Shown: positions 1 through 8,959, counted from the stretch's first letter. The stretch: 32,254 bases of DNA from Sandaracinaceae bacterium (GCA_947483975.1 CANKOL010000016.1:1-32254); one strand, 5' to 3'. The notes: generated by a model from the letters alone, not told the origin. Translations and numbers: made by a program.

Positions 1-1
1 C

Positions 2-70
2 GACGACGGCGCGACGGCGCGAGTCGGCGGCCTGCCCGGGCTGCCCGCCGACGCTGGGGCGACGACCTGA
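2..70 (+). CDS. Possible 3' end of an upstream gene (partial)
   Basis: Open frame from the window edge (DDGATARVGGLPGLPADAGATT) to TGA at 68-70, converging on the 113..1321 gene; too short to identify. Confidence 0.3.
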   Translation, partial: DDGATARVGGLPGLPADAGATT

Positions 71-112
71 GCGACGCAGGGCGCGCGGCTCGCCGCCGAG
101 CGCAGCGCGTCC

Positions 113-1321
113 TCAGAGCTGTCGGGCTTGCGCCGTGATCAGCTGGCACGCCCCGGCGACATCCCACGGGCGGTTGCCGGGCTGCACGAACGTCTGCGTC
201 CCCATCGTGACCTGACGGGCGATCGGCAGCCCTTGGTTCACGAAGAAGCCGCGGCACGCCGCGTCGAGGTCCGCGGTGCTCGGCGCGAGGATGCGGAACG
301 AGCGCCCATCGACGGAGCCTTCGACGAGCCAACGCGGCGCAGGCGGCGCGCTCGCGGGGCTCGGCACGACCCCTCCGCCAGCTTGGGACGCGACGATCTG
401 CGTCGCCTCGGCGGGCGACCAGTAGCCGCTGTTGTTGTGGTACGCGCGCCCATCGACGACGAGATCGTCGATGAAGCCGTTGCCGGCCAGCGCGCGCGGC
501 AGGTACGTCGAGAGCACCCCGAGCACGTCGCCGGTGACCGTGAAGGGCAGGTCCTCGACCGTGCCGGACACCGACGGTCCGCCGATGTTGTGCGCCTGCG
601 CGTTCAGCACCGCGATGCTGCACGAGGCGTCCTCGCCCCAGTAGCTCGCGCCGTTGTGCACGTGCGCGCCGCTCGGCAGGCGGAGGTCGTCGACGTTGCC
701 GAGGCGCATCGCGCGCACGAACTGCACGCACTGCGAGTGCAGCTGCTCCGGCGTGCCCTGGAAGCGGACCGCCGCTTGCTCGAACGCGCCGTCGAACACG
801 TACGAGGCGAGGGCGGGCGGCGGCGGGGGAGGTGGCGGAGGTGGCGGAGGTGGGAGCGGCTGGACGGGCTGGACCGCCACCGCGCCGCTCTCGAGGCGCA
901 CCGAGCGGACCTGAAACGCGAGCTCGTCCCAGACGTCGAGCAGCGCCTCGTCGAGGCGATTCCCGTAGGCGAAGAGGCGCCGACGCGCGTCGCGGTAGGT
1001 CGCGTCGAGGTCGCGGAGCGCGTCGTCGGAGCCTCGGTGACGACGCCCCTCGACGTCCCGGTTGGCGAGGCGCTCGAGCTGACCGGCGGACTGCGCGACG
1101 TCCGCGAGGCCGCGGCGCTCTGCCTCCACCCGCAACGCCGACGCCGCTGTCGAGATGCGCCAGAGCGCGGGCGATGGGGCTGCGGGCGGCAGCGGCGCGG
1201 CCACCACGACGGCGCGTCGGCCGATCGGCGCAGCGTGCACGACGACCTGCGCAGCGGCGCTCGCGGACACGGAGAGGATGACCGCGGCGAGCGCGAGGAC
1301 GGGCGAGCGTTGGAGGGACAA
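113..1321 (-). CDS. Secreted hypothetical protein with polyproline linker and three ~70-aa internal repeats
   Basis: TTG start; signal peptide (LALAAVILSVSASAAAQ); helical N-domain; P13 run; three repeats of pattern G-x(2)-[ED]-...-W-x(12)-A. Confidence 0.75.
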   Translation of the reverse strand: MSLQRSPVLALAAVILSVSASAAAQVVVHAAPIGRRAVVVAAPLPPAAPSPALWRISTAASALRVEAERRGLADVAQSAGQLERLANRDVEGRRHRGSDDALRDLDATYRDARRRLFAYGNRLDEALLDVWDELAFQVRSVRLESGAVAVQPVQPLPPPPPPPPPPPPPALASYVFDGAFEQAAVRFQGTPEQLHSQCVQFVRAMRLGNVDDLRLPSGAHVHNGASYWGEDASCSIAVLNAQAHNIGGPSVSGTVEDLPFTVTGDVLGVLSTYLPRALAGNGFIDDLVVDGRAYHNNSGYWSPAEATQIVASQAGGGVVPSPASAPPAPRWLVEGSVDGRSFRILAPSTADLDAACRGFFVNQGLPIARQVTMGTQTFVQPGNRPWDVAGACQLITAQARQL

Positions 1322-1347
1322 GCGGAAAACTCCTGGGATGGCGAGCG

Positions 1348-1785
1348 CTACAAAGGCGGCGTGTGGTCGTCAGACGTATTCGATGGCGCGAGCTTCACTG
1401 CGGGCGGCTCGGACAGCGCGCCGATCAGCCATTCGACGCCGAGCGAGAAGAGCGCTCCCGTCGCGGTGCCAACTACGTCCCAGGTCAGGTCGCGCCAGGA
1501 GGCGTCGCCGGCGCCGGTCGAGTCGTACAACTCCTTCGCGACGCCGAGCGTCAGCGAGAACGACGCGCCGAGCGTCGCGCGCGCCCAAGGCGCCTCGACG
1601 AGCGGCACCGCGAGCGCGTAGCCGCCTCCTGTGAGCCCGACGCTGACGCTGAAGTGCAGCGCCTTGTCCGCGCCCCACCAAGAGTCTTGCGCGGCGGCGT
1701 GCTGCGCAGAGCCCCACAGCAGGAGCGCGACGGCGCACGGCAGAAGGGCTCTGCGTGCGCCGCCTCCGGAGCGCCGCGTCGTCAC
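1348..1785 (-). CDS. YfiM/DUF2279-like small membrane or exported protein
   Basis: Motifs DSWWGADKALHF, GVAKELYD, SWRDLTWDVVG; GTG start at 1785 overlaps the upstream stop (ATGTGA). The track's 2268 start is a shadow extension. Confidence 0.75.
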   Translation of the reverse strand: MTTRRSGGGARRALLPCAVALLLWGSAQHAAAQDSWWGADKALHFSVSVGLTGGGYALAVPLVEAPWARATLGASFSLTLGVAKELYDSTGAGDASWRDLTWDVVGTATGALFSLGVEWLIGALSEPPAVKLAPSNTSDDHTPPL

Positions 1786-2231
1786 ATATGCTGAACGCTG
1801 TTGAGGATGTTGGCGCCGAGGCCCATGAACAGCCCGATGATCGCGATGATCAGGTCGATGCCGCCGAGCGCGATGCCGACGATGCTGAGGATCTTGCTCG
1901 TCGGATGAGCGTCCGGCTTGCCCGCGCGGACCATGCCGAAGATGCCGAGACCCACGCCCGCGATCGAGAGCGGGAAGCCGAGGCAGCTGCACCAGCACAG
2001 AAAGAGCCCGAGCGCGCCGCACACCGTCGCGGCGATGGCGATCGGGTCGATCCCCTGCGGCGGACCGCCCATCGGCCCTCCGCCCATGTCCGACTGAGGC
2101 GGTGCGCCCCACGCGGGCTGCGCTCCAGGCGGCGGGCCGAAGCCACCTCCGGGCGGCGGGCCGAAGCCACCTCCCGGCGGCTGCTGTCCACCACCGCCAC
2201 CGCCCGGCTGATCTCCCCAATTCCCTTGCAT
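1782..2231 (-). CDS. Gly/Pro/Gln-rich N-terminus plus DUF4190-like two-TM membrane protein
   Basis: GGGAG SD before ATG; PPGGGFGPP repeats, then hydrophobic helices (AIAATVCGALGLFLCWCSCLG; IVGIALGGIDLIIAIIGL). Confidence 0.75.
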   Translation of the reverse strand: MQGNWGDQPGGGGGGQQPPGGGFGPPPGGGFGPPPGAQPAWGAPPQSDMGGGPMGGPPQGIDPIAIAATVCGALGLFLCWCSCLGFPLSIAGVGLGIFGMVRAGKPDAHPTSKILSIVGIALGGIDLIIAIIGLFMGLGANILNSVQHM

Positions 2232-2264
2232 CGCGGCTCCCTAGTTCGAGTTCCGCGGAGACTA

Positions 2265-3266
2265 TCACTCCCGCAGGAGCACATCGCAGTAGTAACGGAC
2301 CTTCTGGAGCAGCTTGCCGTGCGGGCGCGCGTGAATGTCCTTCTTCAGGGCGAGCATCACCTTGCGCTGCATCGTGTACGCGTTGAGCACGCGCTTCGGC
2401 GGGAGCGCCGCGCCGACGTCCTCGAGCGCGTCGAAGATCGTCTCCTTGGGATAGCCCCAGAGCGCGAGATCGGCCGGGTCGATGCGCGCGATCATCTTCT
2501 CGGCGAGCGCGCGCTTCTGCGGATCCCCCGCCAGCTCAGCCGCCCACTTGTGCACGCTGTCGGTCACCGGGCGCGAGTGCTGGTTGACGGTGATCGGGTC
2601 GCCCATGCCCTTCTTCGCGTCGAAGCGCTTGCCGTACTCGATCGCCTCCGGCTCGTGCTTGAGCCCGAGGAAGCCGAAGATGCGCTCGAGGTGCGCGCCC
2701 GGGTCGGCGACGAGCTCCTCGTAGCCCACCTGCACCATCGGCACGGGCTTCTCGCGGAGAAAGCGCGCCATCGCGGGGACGTACCGCTCGGGCACCGGGT
2801 TGAAGTCGTAGGCGCGCTGCCAGTCGCCGTCGAAGAAGCTGTTGGCGAAGCTCGACATCACCGCGAGCGGGTGCCGCGTCAGCACGACGTACTTCGCCTG
2901 CGGATAGAGCTTCGCGAGGAACGGCAGCACGAGCCCGTACGCCGGCGTCTTGTCGAGGAACATCGACTTGCCCGGCGCCGTCGCGAGCATCCGCCCGTAC
3001 ATCGTGTCGGCGTAGGCGCGGAGCGCGTCGAGGTAGTCGTCCTCGCCGCGCGGCAAGCCCTGCACGAAGAGGCGGATCGCCTCCGCCGCGTTGATGTGAT
3101 CGTAGGGCGCCTTGTCCACGGTGTCGTGGAAGCCGAGGTACGCGAGCGGCGTCACGAGGTGCGGCTCGGGGTGAGTGAAGATCTGCGTGTGCGAGCCGAG
3201 CAATCGCTGCAGCAGCGTCGAGCCCGAGCGCGGCGGCGAGATGATGAAGAGCAGCTGGTCTTGCAC
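2265..3266 (-). CDS. PAPS-dependent sulfotransferase family protein
   Basis: 5'-PSB loop ISPPRSGSTLL, DKTP, 3'-PB motif LTRHPLAVMSS, YEELV; GTG start at 3266 preceded by GGAGG. The track's 4715 start is antisense to kamA. Confidence 0.88.
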   Translation of the reverse strand: MQDQLLFIISPPRSGSTLLQRLLGSHTQIFTHPEPHLVTPLAYLGFHDTVDKAPYDHINAAEAIRLFVQGLPRGEDDYLDALRAYADTMYGRMLATAPGKSMFLDKTPAYGLVLPFLAKLYPQAKYVVLTRHPLAVMSSFANSFFDGDWQRAYDFNPVPERYVPAMARFLREKPVPMVQVGYEELVADPGAHLERIFGFLGLKHEPEAIEYGKRFDAKKGMGDPITVNQHSRPVTDSVHKWAAELAGDPQKRALAEKMIARIDPADLALWGYPKETIFDALEDVGAALPPKRVLNAYTMQRKVMLALKKDIHARPHGKLLQKVRYYCDVLLRE

Positions 3267-3356
3267 GGTGGCCTCCCGGCTGCCCGAGTAGCCCGTGCGT
3301 GCTAGAGCCGCAACCCTTCGCAGGCTTCTCTTCACGCCTGCCGACTCGAGGTTCCT

Positions 3357-4766
3357 GTGCCGACGAACCCGCTCCCCGTGCTCCCGAACGACCCCTCCCA
3401 GAGCTCGCCCGGCGTCGTGCCGGCGCTCAAGCCCGCCGTCCCGCAGAGCGCGCTCGCGCACCGCGATCTGCTCGGTGGCGACTTCTGGCGGCGCATCCCC
3501 GCGTACAAGGACGTGACGGAAGCGCAGTTCCTCGACCATCACTGGCAGGCGAAGAGCTCGATCCTGAAGCCCGAGAAGCTGCTCGAGACGCTGCAAGGGC
3601 TCGTCAGCGAGGCGTTCGTCAAGGACGTGCAGGAGGGCTTCGCGCGCGCGCCGATGGCGCTCCGCGTCTCGCCGTATCTGCTCTCGATCATCGACTGGAA
3701 GAACCCGTACTCGGACCCGCTGCGCCGGCAGTTCATCCCGATGGGCTCGACGCGCCTGCCCGATCACCCGAAGCTCGGGCTCGACTCGCTCGGCGAGCAA
3801 GCGGACGCGCCCGTCGCGGGTTTGACCCACCGCTATCAAGACAAGGCGCTGTTCCTCGCGCTCGACACCTGCCCCGTCTACTGCCGCTTTTGCACGCGCA
3901 GCTACGCCGTCGGCACCGACACCGAGGACGTCGAGAAGGTGCAGCTCAAGGCGAACCCCGAGCGCTGGCGCGCCGCGTTCGACTACATCCGCTCGCGCCC
4001 CGAGCTCGAGGACATCGTCGTCTCGGGCGGTGACACCTGGAACCTGCGCGCGGAGCAGATCCGCGTCATCGGCGACACTCTGCTCGACATCCCGCACGTG
4101 CGGCGGCTGCGCTTCGCGACGAAGGGGCCCGCGGTGATGCCGCAGAAGCTGCTCACCGACGACGCGTGGTTCGAGGCGCTCATCCACGTCGTCAAGCGCG
4201 GGCGCACGATGGGCAAGGACGTCGTGCTGCACACGCACTTCAACAACGCGAACGAGATCACCGAGATCACGCAGCGCTCGCTCGCGCGTGTGCACTCGGA
4301 GGGCGTGATGGTGCGCAATCAGAGCGTGCTGCAGCGCGGCGTCAACGACACCGTCGAGTCGATGCTGCTGCTCGTGCGGCGCCTCGCGTACGTCAACGTG
4401 CATCCGTATTACGTCTATGTGCACGACCTCGTGCAGGGCACCGAGGAGCTGCGCACGACGGTGCAGACGGCCATCTACCTCGAGAAGCACGTGCGCGGCT
4501 CGACGGCGGGCTTCAACACGCCGACGTTCGTCGTCGACGCGCCGCAGGGCGGCGGCAAGCGCGACGCGCACTCGTTCGAGTACTACGACCGCACGACGGG
4601 CATCAGCGTCTACACCGCGCCGAGCGTGAAGCCGGGCGTGATGTTCTACTACTTCGACCCGATCGACCTGCTGCCCGAGGAGGGGCGCCGTCGCTGGGCG
4701 GACCCGAGCGAGCACGCCAAGATGGTCGAGGACGCGCTCGCGATGGCGGCGGCTGGGGCGCGCTGA
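3357..4766 (+). CDS. kamA: KamA-family radical SAM enzyme (lysine 2,3-aminomutase-like)
   Basis: THRY, CPVYCRFCTR (CxxxCxxC), VSGGD, HTHFN, NQSVLQRGVND, PYYVY, and the PLP-lysine motif DAPQGGGK. Substrate not determinable. Confidence 0.88.
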   Translation: MPTNPLPVLPNDPSQSSPGVVPALKPAVPQSALAHRDLLGGDFWRRIPAYKDVTEAQFLDHHWQAKSSILKPEKLLETLQGLVSEAFVKDVQEGFARAPMALRVSPYLLSIIDWKNPYSDPLRRQFIPMGSTRLPDHPKLGLDSLGEQADAPVAGLTHRYQDKALFLALDTCPVYCRFCTRSYAVGTDTEDVEKVQLKANPERWRAAFDYIRSRPELEDIVVSGGDTWNLRAEQIRVIGDTLLDIPHVRRLRFATKGPAVMPQKLLTDDAWFEALIHVVKRGRTMGKDVVLHTHFNNANEITEITQRSLARVHSEGVMVRNQSVLQRGVNDTVESMLLLVRRLAYVNVHPYYVYVHDLVQGTEELRTTVQTAIYLEKHVRGSTAGFNTPTFVVDAPQGGGKRDAHSFEYYDRTTGISVYTAPSVKPGVMFYYFDPIDLLPEEGRRRWADPSEHAKMVEDALAMAAAGAR

Positions 4767-4779
4767 GGGCGCGCTCGAA

Positions 4780-4818
4780 GGCGTCGACTCAGCCGCACCA
4801 GCCCGGCGAGTCGTCGCC
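4780..4818 (-). terminator. GC-rich hairpin between the convergent kamA and DUF3105 genes (terminator-like, weak U tract)
   Basis: Minus strand GGCG-A-CGACTC-GCCG [GGCTGGTG] CGGC-T-GAGTCG-A-CGCC followed by TTC. Confidence 0.5.
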
Positions 4819-4846
4819 TCAGCCGCACCAGCCGGGTGAGTCGTCG
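4788..4846. repeat. 30-bp-period tandem duplication of the 3' end of the DUF3105 gene, including its stop codon
   Basis: ctcagccgcaccagcccggcgagtcgtcg (4788-4816) vs ctcagccgcaccagccgggtgagtcgtcg (4818-4846); two mismatches. Confidence 0.92.
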
Positions 4847-5448
4847 ACGCCGGCTGGGCAGATGTTCTCGGGGCCGTGGGCGTAGTGCGCGTCGATGAAG
4901 GCGCGCAGCGAGGGCTCGTCGAGGCAGGTCGCTCGGTAGACTTGGCCCCACGCTGACGCCGCGATCGGCACGTCGAGGTCGGGCGCCGGCACGACGATCA
5001 GGCGGTTGGGCGCGCTCGTCCCCACGCAGAGCGGGTCGGCCGGATACGAGTCGTAGAGGGCGCGGAGGCGCGACGGCATCTCCGGGCAGTCGGCGCCGCA
5101 GGCGTACTCGATGACGACCGAGCCGTGCTCCATCGAGTGGACCAGATAGCCCCAGGGCACGGGCGCGGAGTAGACGCCGAACGCCGCCCAGCTCGAGTAG
5201 TGCGCGCCCTCGCAGGGCGGGCTCGTGTCGTAGTGGACGTCCGTGCACGGCGTGAGGTGCGTCGCGGGCTCGAGCGTCAGCGCGGCGCCCGTGGTCACGA
5301 CGCACTCCGTCGCCGGCGCGATCGGCGCCGCGTCGGGGCGCGTCTCGACGACGCCCGTCAGCCCGCCGTCGCCGAGGGTCGTCACCGGCGGCTCGCCTCC
5401 GCACGCGGCGAGCAGCGTCGCGGTCAGGAGCAACGCGAGGCGCGTCAC
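4819..5448 (-). CDS. DUF3105-like lipoprotein
   Basis: Lipobox LLAAC; motifs PPCEGAHY, GVY, LVHSMEHGSVVIEY, ASAWG, HGPE; GTGA overlap with the upstream gene. Confidence 0.8.
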   Translation of the reverse strand: MTRLALLLTATLLAACGGEPPVTTLGDGGLTGVVETRPDAAPIAPATECVVTTGAALTLEPATHLTPCTDVHYDTSPPCEGAHYSSWAAFGVYSAPVPWGYLVHSMEHGSVVIEYACGADCPEMPSRLRALYDSYPADPLCVGTSAPNRLIVVPAPDLDVPIAASAWGQVYRATCLDEPSLRAFIDAHYAHGPENICPAGVDDSPGWCG

Positions 5449-6278
5449 TTCGCCCTCGCGCGCGCGACGATGATCTGTGACTCGCTGTCGGGGAGCAGCG
5501 GCCCGCGCTCGAAGTCGCCAAAGCGCTCTTCGATGCTGAAGCCGTTGTAGTGCAGCAGCGCCTCGAGCTCCGCGGGGAAGAACTGCCGGTGCGCGAGGGG
5601 CGTGATGAAGGTGTTGTCGGCGTCGTCCGGGTCTTCGAAGATCATCGTGACGAGCTGCACTTGGCGGATCGGGTCGTAGTGAAACGTCTCGCCATAGCGG
5701 TACTTCTTGCCGTCGCTCGGCCAGCGGATCGCGGGCGCGCGATAGACGCGCATCGGATCGCGGGCGAGGGCGCCGGCGTCCGGGACCATCACGTCGAAGA
5801 CGAAGCGCCCGCGCGGGGCGAGGTGTGCCTTCACCGTCGCGAGCGCGCGCTCGACGTCGCGTAGCTCGTAGAGGTGCATGAACGTGTTGAACGGCGCGAC
5901 GACGAGCGGGAAGCGCTTGCGCAGGCGCACGCTGCGCATATCGCCCTGCTTGAACGTCAGCCGCTCGCGCACCGCGCGGGGCTCTTTGGCGACGCGCGTC
6001 TCGGCGCGCTCGAGCATCGCGGGCACGAGATCGACGCAGACGACGTCGGCGCCCGCGCGCGCCATCGAGATCGCGATGCGCCCCGTGCCGGCGCCCAGCT
6101 CGAGCACGGAGCCTTTGCCGTGCTTGAGCGAGCGCGTCGCCTCCTCGACGTAGAACGCGACGTCCTCGCGCCGACGACGATACGCCTGGTCGTAGTACGC
6201 GCCGTCTTCGTAGTGCGCGCGCGTGCCGGCTTCGAGGATCGCGTGCCGCGCTTCTTTCGGCGTCAGGGGTTTGGTCAT
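5445..6278 (-). CDS. Class I SAM-dependent methyltransferase
   Basis: Motif I VLELGAGTGR, VDL, QGDMR, HLAPRGRFVFD; GAGGAG SD. Confidence 0.88.
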   Translation of the reverse strand: MTKPLTPKEARHAILEAGTRAHYEDGAYYDQAYRRRREDVAFYVEEATRSLKHGKGSVLELGAGTGRIAISMARAGADVVCVDLVPAMLERAETRVAKEPRAVRERLTFKQGDMRSVRLRKRFPLVVAPFNTFMHLYELRDVERALATVKAHLAPRGRFVFDVMVPDAGALARDPMRVYRAPAIRWPSDGKKYRYGETFHYDPIRQVQLVTMIFEDPDDADNTFITPLAHRQFFPAELEALLHYNGFSIEERFGDFERGPLLPDSESQIIVARARAK

Positions 6279-6285
6279 CGGCTCC

Positions 6286-6939
6286 TCAGGGTCCGTTCAG
6301 CTCGCTGTCGGAGGGCGGCGGCGGGCGCTCGGGGAGCTTGCCCGGCACGCGCGGGTCTTCGCCACCATCGGGCAACACGCCGGGGGTCCCGTCGACCCCC
6401 GCGAGGTCGGTGTCCTCGAAGAAGCGATACGCGCAGACGGTCCACTCCGCGCCGCGCTTCTCCAGCGTGAACTCCATGCGCCGCACGTAAGGGCGGCCCA
6501 TCCACTCACCGATCGCGTTGCCGCGGAGCGCGATGCGCCCGCCGGGCAGGTTCTCGCTCTCGTTGATGTGCAGGCGCAGGCGCGTGTCCGCGAGCTGCTT
6601 CCACACCGCCTCACCGAGCGCGCGGTCCTCGGGCGACATCTGCTCTTCGCGGTCACGGCGCGCCGCGACCTTCTCGCGCGCGACGCCCGAGCTGAGGCGG
6701 AGCGCGACCTCGTGCGAGCGAGTGCGCCAAGCGTCGAGCCACGACTCTGCGGCGCGCTCGGGCGTGCTCTGATCGATGGGCACGTCGCGCGGCACGATCG
6801 GCGGCGCTGCGCCGCGCGGGCGCCCCGGCGTGCGCGAGTCGCGGACGGAGATGAACGCGACGACGCCGACGGAGATCATCAAGCTCGCGCTGACGAGCAC
6901 GAGCGGCGTCGAGAGCCTCTTGCGTGAAGCCTCAGCCAT
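6286..6939 (-). CDS. Membrane-anchored hypothetical protein
   Basis: ATG at 6939 overlapping the HAD gene end; N-terminal TM (LVLVSASLMISVGVVAFI); fills the operon gap. Confidence 0.7.
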   Translation of the reverse strand: MAEASRKRLSTPLVLVSASLMISVGVVAFISVRDSRTPGRPRGAAPPIVPRDVPIDQSTPERAAESWLDAWRTRSHEVALRLSSGVAREKVAARRDREEQMSPEDRALGEAVWKQLADTRLRLHINESENLPGGRIALRGNAIGEWMGRPYVRRMEFTLEKRGAEWTVCAYRFFEDTDLAGVDGTPGVLPDGGEDPRVPGKLPERPPPPSDSELNGP

Positions 6940-7756
6940 GCGCGCGCCGTGCGAGGAGCGTCCGCGCGACCTCCGCGAAGCCGGCCCCGTGACTCGCCTG
7001 CGCGACGAAGCGCGGCGGCACGGGCAGCGTTGGGAGGAAGCGCTCCACGTTGCTCGGTGCGGCCGTCCGCGGGAACGCCGCGAACGCTGCCGCGTCGTTG
7101 CCGCTGTCCCCGACGAACAGCACCGCGGCGTCATCGATCGCGCGCCCCGTCGCGGCCGCGAGCGCCGCGCGAATGCCCGTCGCCTTGTCGTAGTCGCCGA
7201 AGAACGCGTGCGCGTGCACGCTCGACGCGACGGCCCGCGCGCCCTCGTCGCGGATCAGCGCCATCAGCGCCTCGACCCGCTCGGCCGGGACGCGCGCGTA
7301 TTCGCCGATGTCGAACGCGAGGTCGACGCGGCGGGCGCGGTGATCGTCGGTGAGCCGTAGCTCGGGTAGCTCTCGAGCGACCCGCGCGCGGATCGCCGCG
7401 AAGCGCTCCTGCGCCGCCGCGCGCTCGCGCTCGTCTTGCGCGTAGGCCTCACGCTGAGCGCCGCTCGCGGCGTCGCGCCAGACCCAGCCGCCGCCGTTCT
7501 CGCCGACCGCCGCGTTCACCGGCCACTGACGCGCGACGACGTCGCAGAGGCCGAGCGGGCGCCCCGTCGCCGCGATGAGCACGAGGCCCGCGTCAGAGAG
7601 CGCCCAGAGCGCGTCGAACGCGTCGCGCTCGAGCCGACCGTTCCGCGTCACGGTGTCGTCGATGTCGAACGCCACCGCGACGACCGCGCGCGCCGCTGCT
7701 GCGCTCAGGGTCGCGATGGGCGCGGGCGCGCTGTGGGCCCCGGTCGCTGCGCTCAC
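6932..7756 (-). CDS. HAD-superfamily hydrolase, subfamily IIB
   Basis: Motif I FDIDDT, motif II ATGR, motif III DK, motif IV GDSGND; GTG at 7756 overlaps the rlmI stop. Confidence 0.85.
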   Translation of the reverse strand: MSAATGAHSAPAPIATLSAAAARAVVAVAFDIDDTVTRNGRLERDAFDALWALSDAGLVLIAATGRPLGLCDVVARQWPVNAAVGENGGGWVWRDAASGAQREAYAQDERERAAAQERFAAIRARVARELPELRLTDDHRARRVDLAFDIGEYARVPAERVEALMALIRDEGARAVASSVHAHAFFGDYDKATGIRAALAAATGRAIDDAAVLFVGDSGNDAAAFAAFPRTAAPSNVERFLPTLPVPPRFVAQASHGAGFAEVARTLLARRAHG

Positions 7757-8943
7757 GAGACGCGCAGGAAGGCGCACTTGAGGTAGCGCCCCTCCGGGAA
7801 GGAAGCGGGCACCGGGTGATCGGGCCCCTGCTCGCCGAGGTGCACGAGCGTGACGTCGCGCCCCGCGTCGCGCGCTGCCATGCCGACGATGCGCAGAAAT
7901 TCGCCGGGGCGCATCGCCGCCGAGCACGAGCACGAGACGAGCAACCCGCCCGGCTCGAGCAGCTTGATCGCGGTCGAGTTGAGGCGACGATAGGCCTTCC
8001 GACCTTGCTCGAGATGCCGCGCCGTCGGCGCGAGCTTCGGCGGATCGACGATGACGACGTCGAACTTCTCGCTGCGCTGCACCATCTCGGGGAGCGCGCG
8101 CTTCACGTCGGCGCGCACGAAGTCGATCTTGTCTGCGAGCCCCGCGTGCTGCGCGATCATCGCGCCCGCCGCGATGGCCGAAGCCGACGCGTCGATCGCG
8201 GTCACTTTCGCCGCACCGCCGCGCGCCGCCGCGAGCGCGAACGTGCCGACGTACGAGAACGCGTCGAGCACGCGCTTGCCGCGCACGAGCGTCTCGAGGC
8301 GCGCGCGGTTCTCGCGCTGATCGAAGTAGAAGCCCGTCTTCTGCGAGACGCTCATCGGGAAGTCGAACTCGAAGCCGCGCTCGCGAAAGCGCAGCCCCGA
8401 GAGCTCCGGCCCGCGCACGACCTGCGTCTTGGCCTCGAAGCCCTCGAGCCGCTGCGTGCGCTCGCTCGCGACCTCGAGGATCGTCTTCGCTCCGGTCACG
8501 CGCGCCACTTCCGCGAAGACGTCTGCCTCACGGCGCTTCATTCCGAGCGTCAGCAATTGCACCGCCGCCACGTCGCCGAAGACGTCGACGATCAGCCCGG
8601 CGAGCCGGTCCCCCTCGGCGTGCACGAGGCGGTAGCCGTTCGTGTCCGTGCCGGGAAGCCCGAGCCACTCCTTGCGCCACTGCGCCGCCTCCGCGAGGCG
8701 CCTCCCGAGGAACGCCGACTCGAGCTGCTCCTCCGGATCGCGGGACAGGATCCGCACCGGGATCGCCGAGTCCGGCGACCAGTAGCCGCGCCCGAGCACC
8801 TGCCCGCGCGCGTCGACGACGGAGACGGTGTCTCCCGGGCTCGGCGCCCCGTCGACTCGGTCGATCGCTTGCGCGAAGACCCAAGGGTGCCCCGCCCAGA
8901 CGGGCTGCACATGACCAGTACGTAGCCGAACCTTCGCGGACAT
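7753..8943 (-). CDS. rlmI: RlmI-like rRNA m5C methyltransferase (PUA + class I MTase)
   Basis: GHPWVF, YRLVHAEGDRLAGLIVD, QKTGFYFDQRENR, VLDAFSYVGTF, DPP, SCSCS, DHP...YLK. Confidence 0.85.
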   Translation of the reverse strand: MSAKVRLRTGHVQPVWAGHPWVFAQAIDRVDGAPSPGDTVSVVDARGQVLGRGYWSPDSAIPVRILSRDPEEQLESAFLGRRLAEAAQWRKEWLGLPGTDTNGYRLVHAEGDRLAGLIVDVFGDVAAVQLLTLGMKRREADVFAEVARVTGAKTILEVASERTQRLEGFEAKTQVVRGPELSGLRFRERGFEFDFPMSVSQKTGFYFDQRENRARLETLVRGKRVLDAFSYVGTFALAAARGGAAKVTAIDASASAIAAGAMIAQHAGLADKIDFVRADVKRALPEMVQRSEKFDVVIVDPPKLAPTARHLEQGRKAYRRLNSTAIKLLEPGGLLVSCSCSAAMRPGEFLRIVGMAARDAGRDVTLVHLGEQGPDHPVPASFPEGRYLKCAFLRVS

Positions 8944-8950
8944 CGCGCGG

Positions 8951-8959
8951 ATGCTAGCA
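8951..8959 (-). promoter_or_regulatory. Extended -10 element for a probably leaderless rlmI operon transcript
   Basis: Minus strand TGcTAGCAT-N7-ATG with no SD. Confidence 0.45.

Noticed and set aside
74..111. GC-rich hairpin between convergent gene ends
   Set aside because: Short imperfect stem without a U tract; not distinguishable from chance at this GC content.
2128..2180. 24-bp tandem duplication (PPGGGFGP) in the DUF4190-like gene
   Set aside because: Ordinary low-complexity linker expansion.
2265..4715. 816-aa sulfotransferase fusion
   Set aside because: The N-terminal 483 codons are antisense to kamA; the real start is the SD-preceded GTG at 3266.
812..4766. Functional link between the P13 polyproline run and KamA via EF-P beta-lysylation
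   Set aside because: No efp or epmA in the window, the enzyme is much longer than EpmB, and polyproline linkers are common in myxobacteria.
4788..4846. Possible att site or target-site duplication of a mobile element
   Set aside because: The copies are adjacent with nothing inserted between them, and there is no integrase or transposase in the window.
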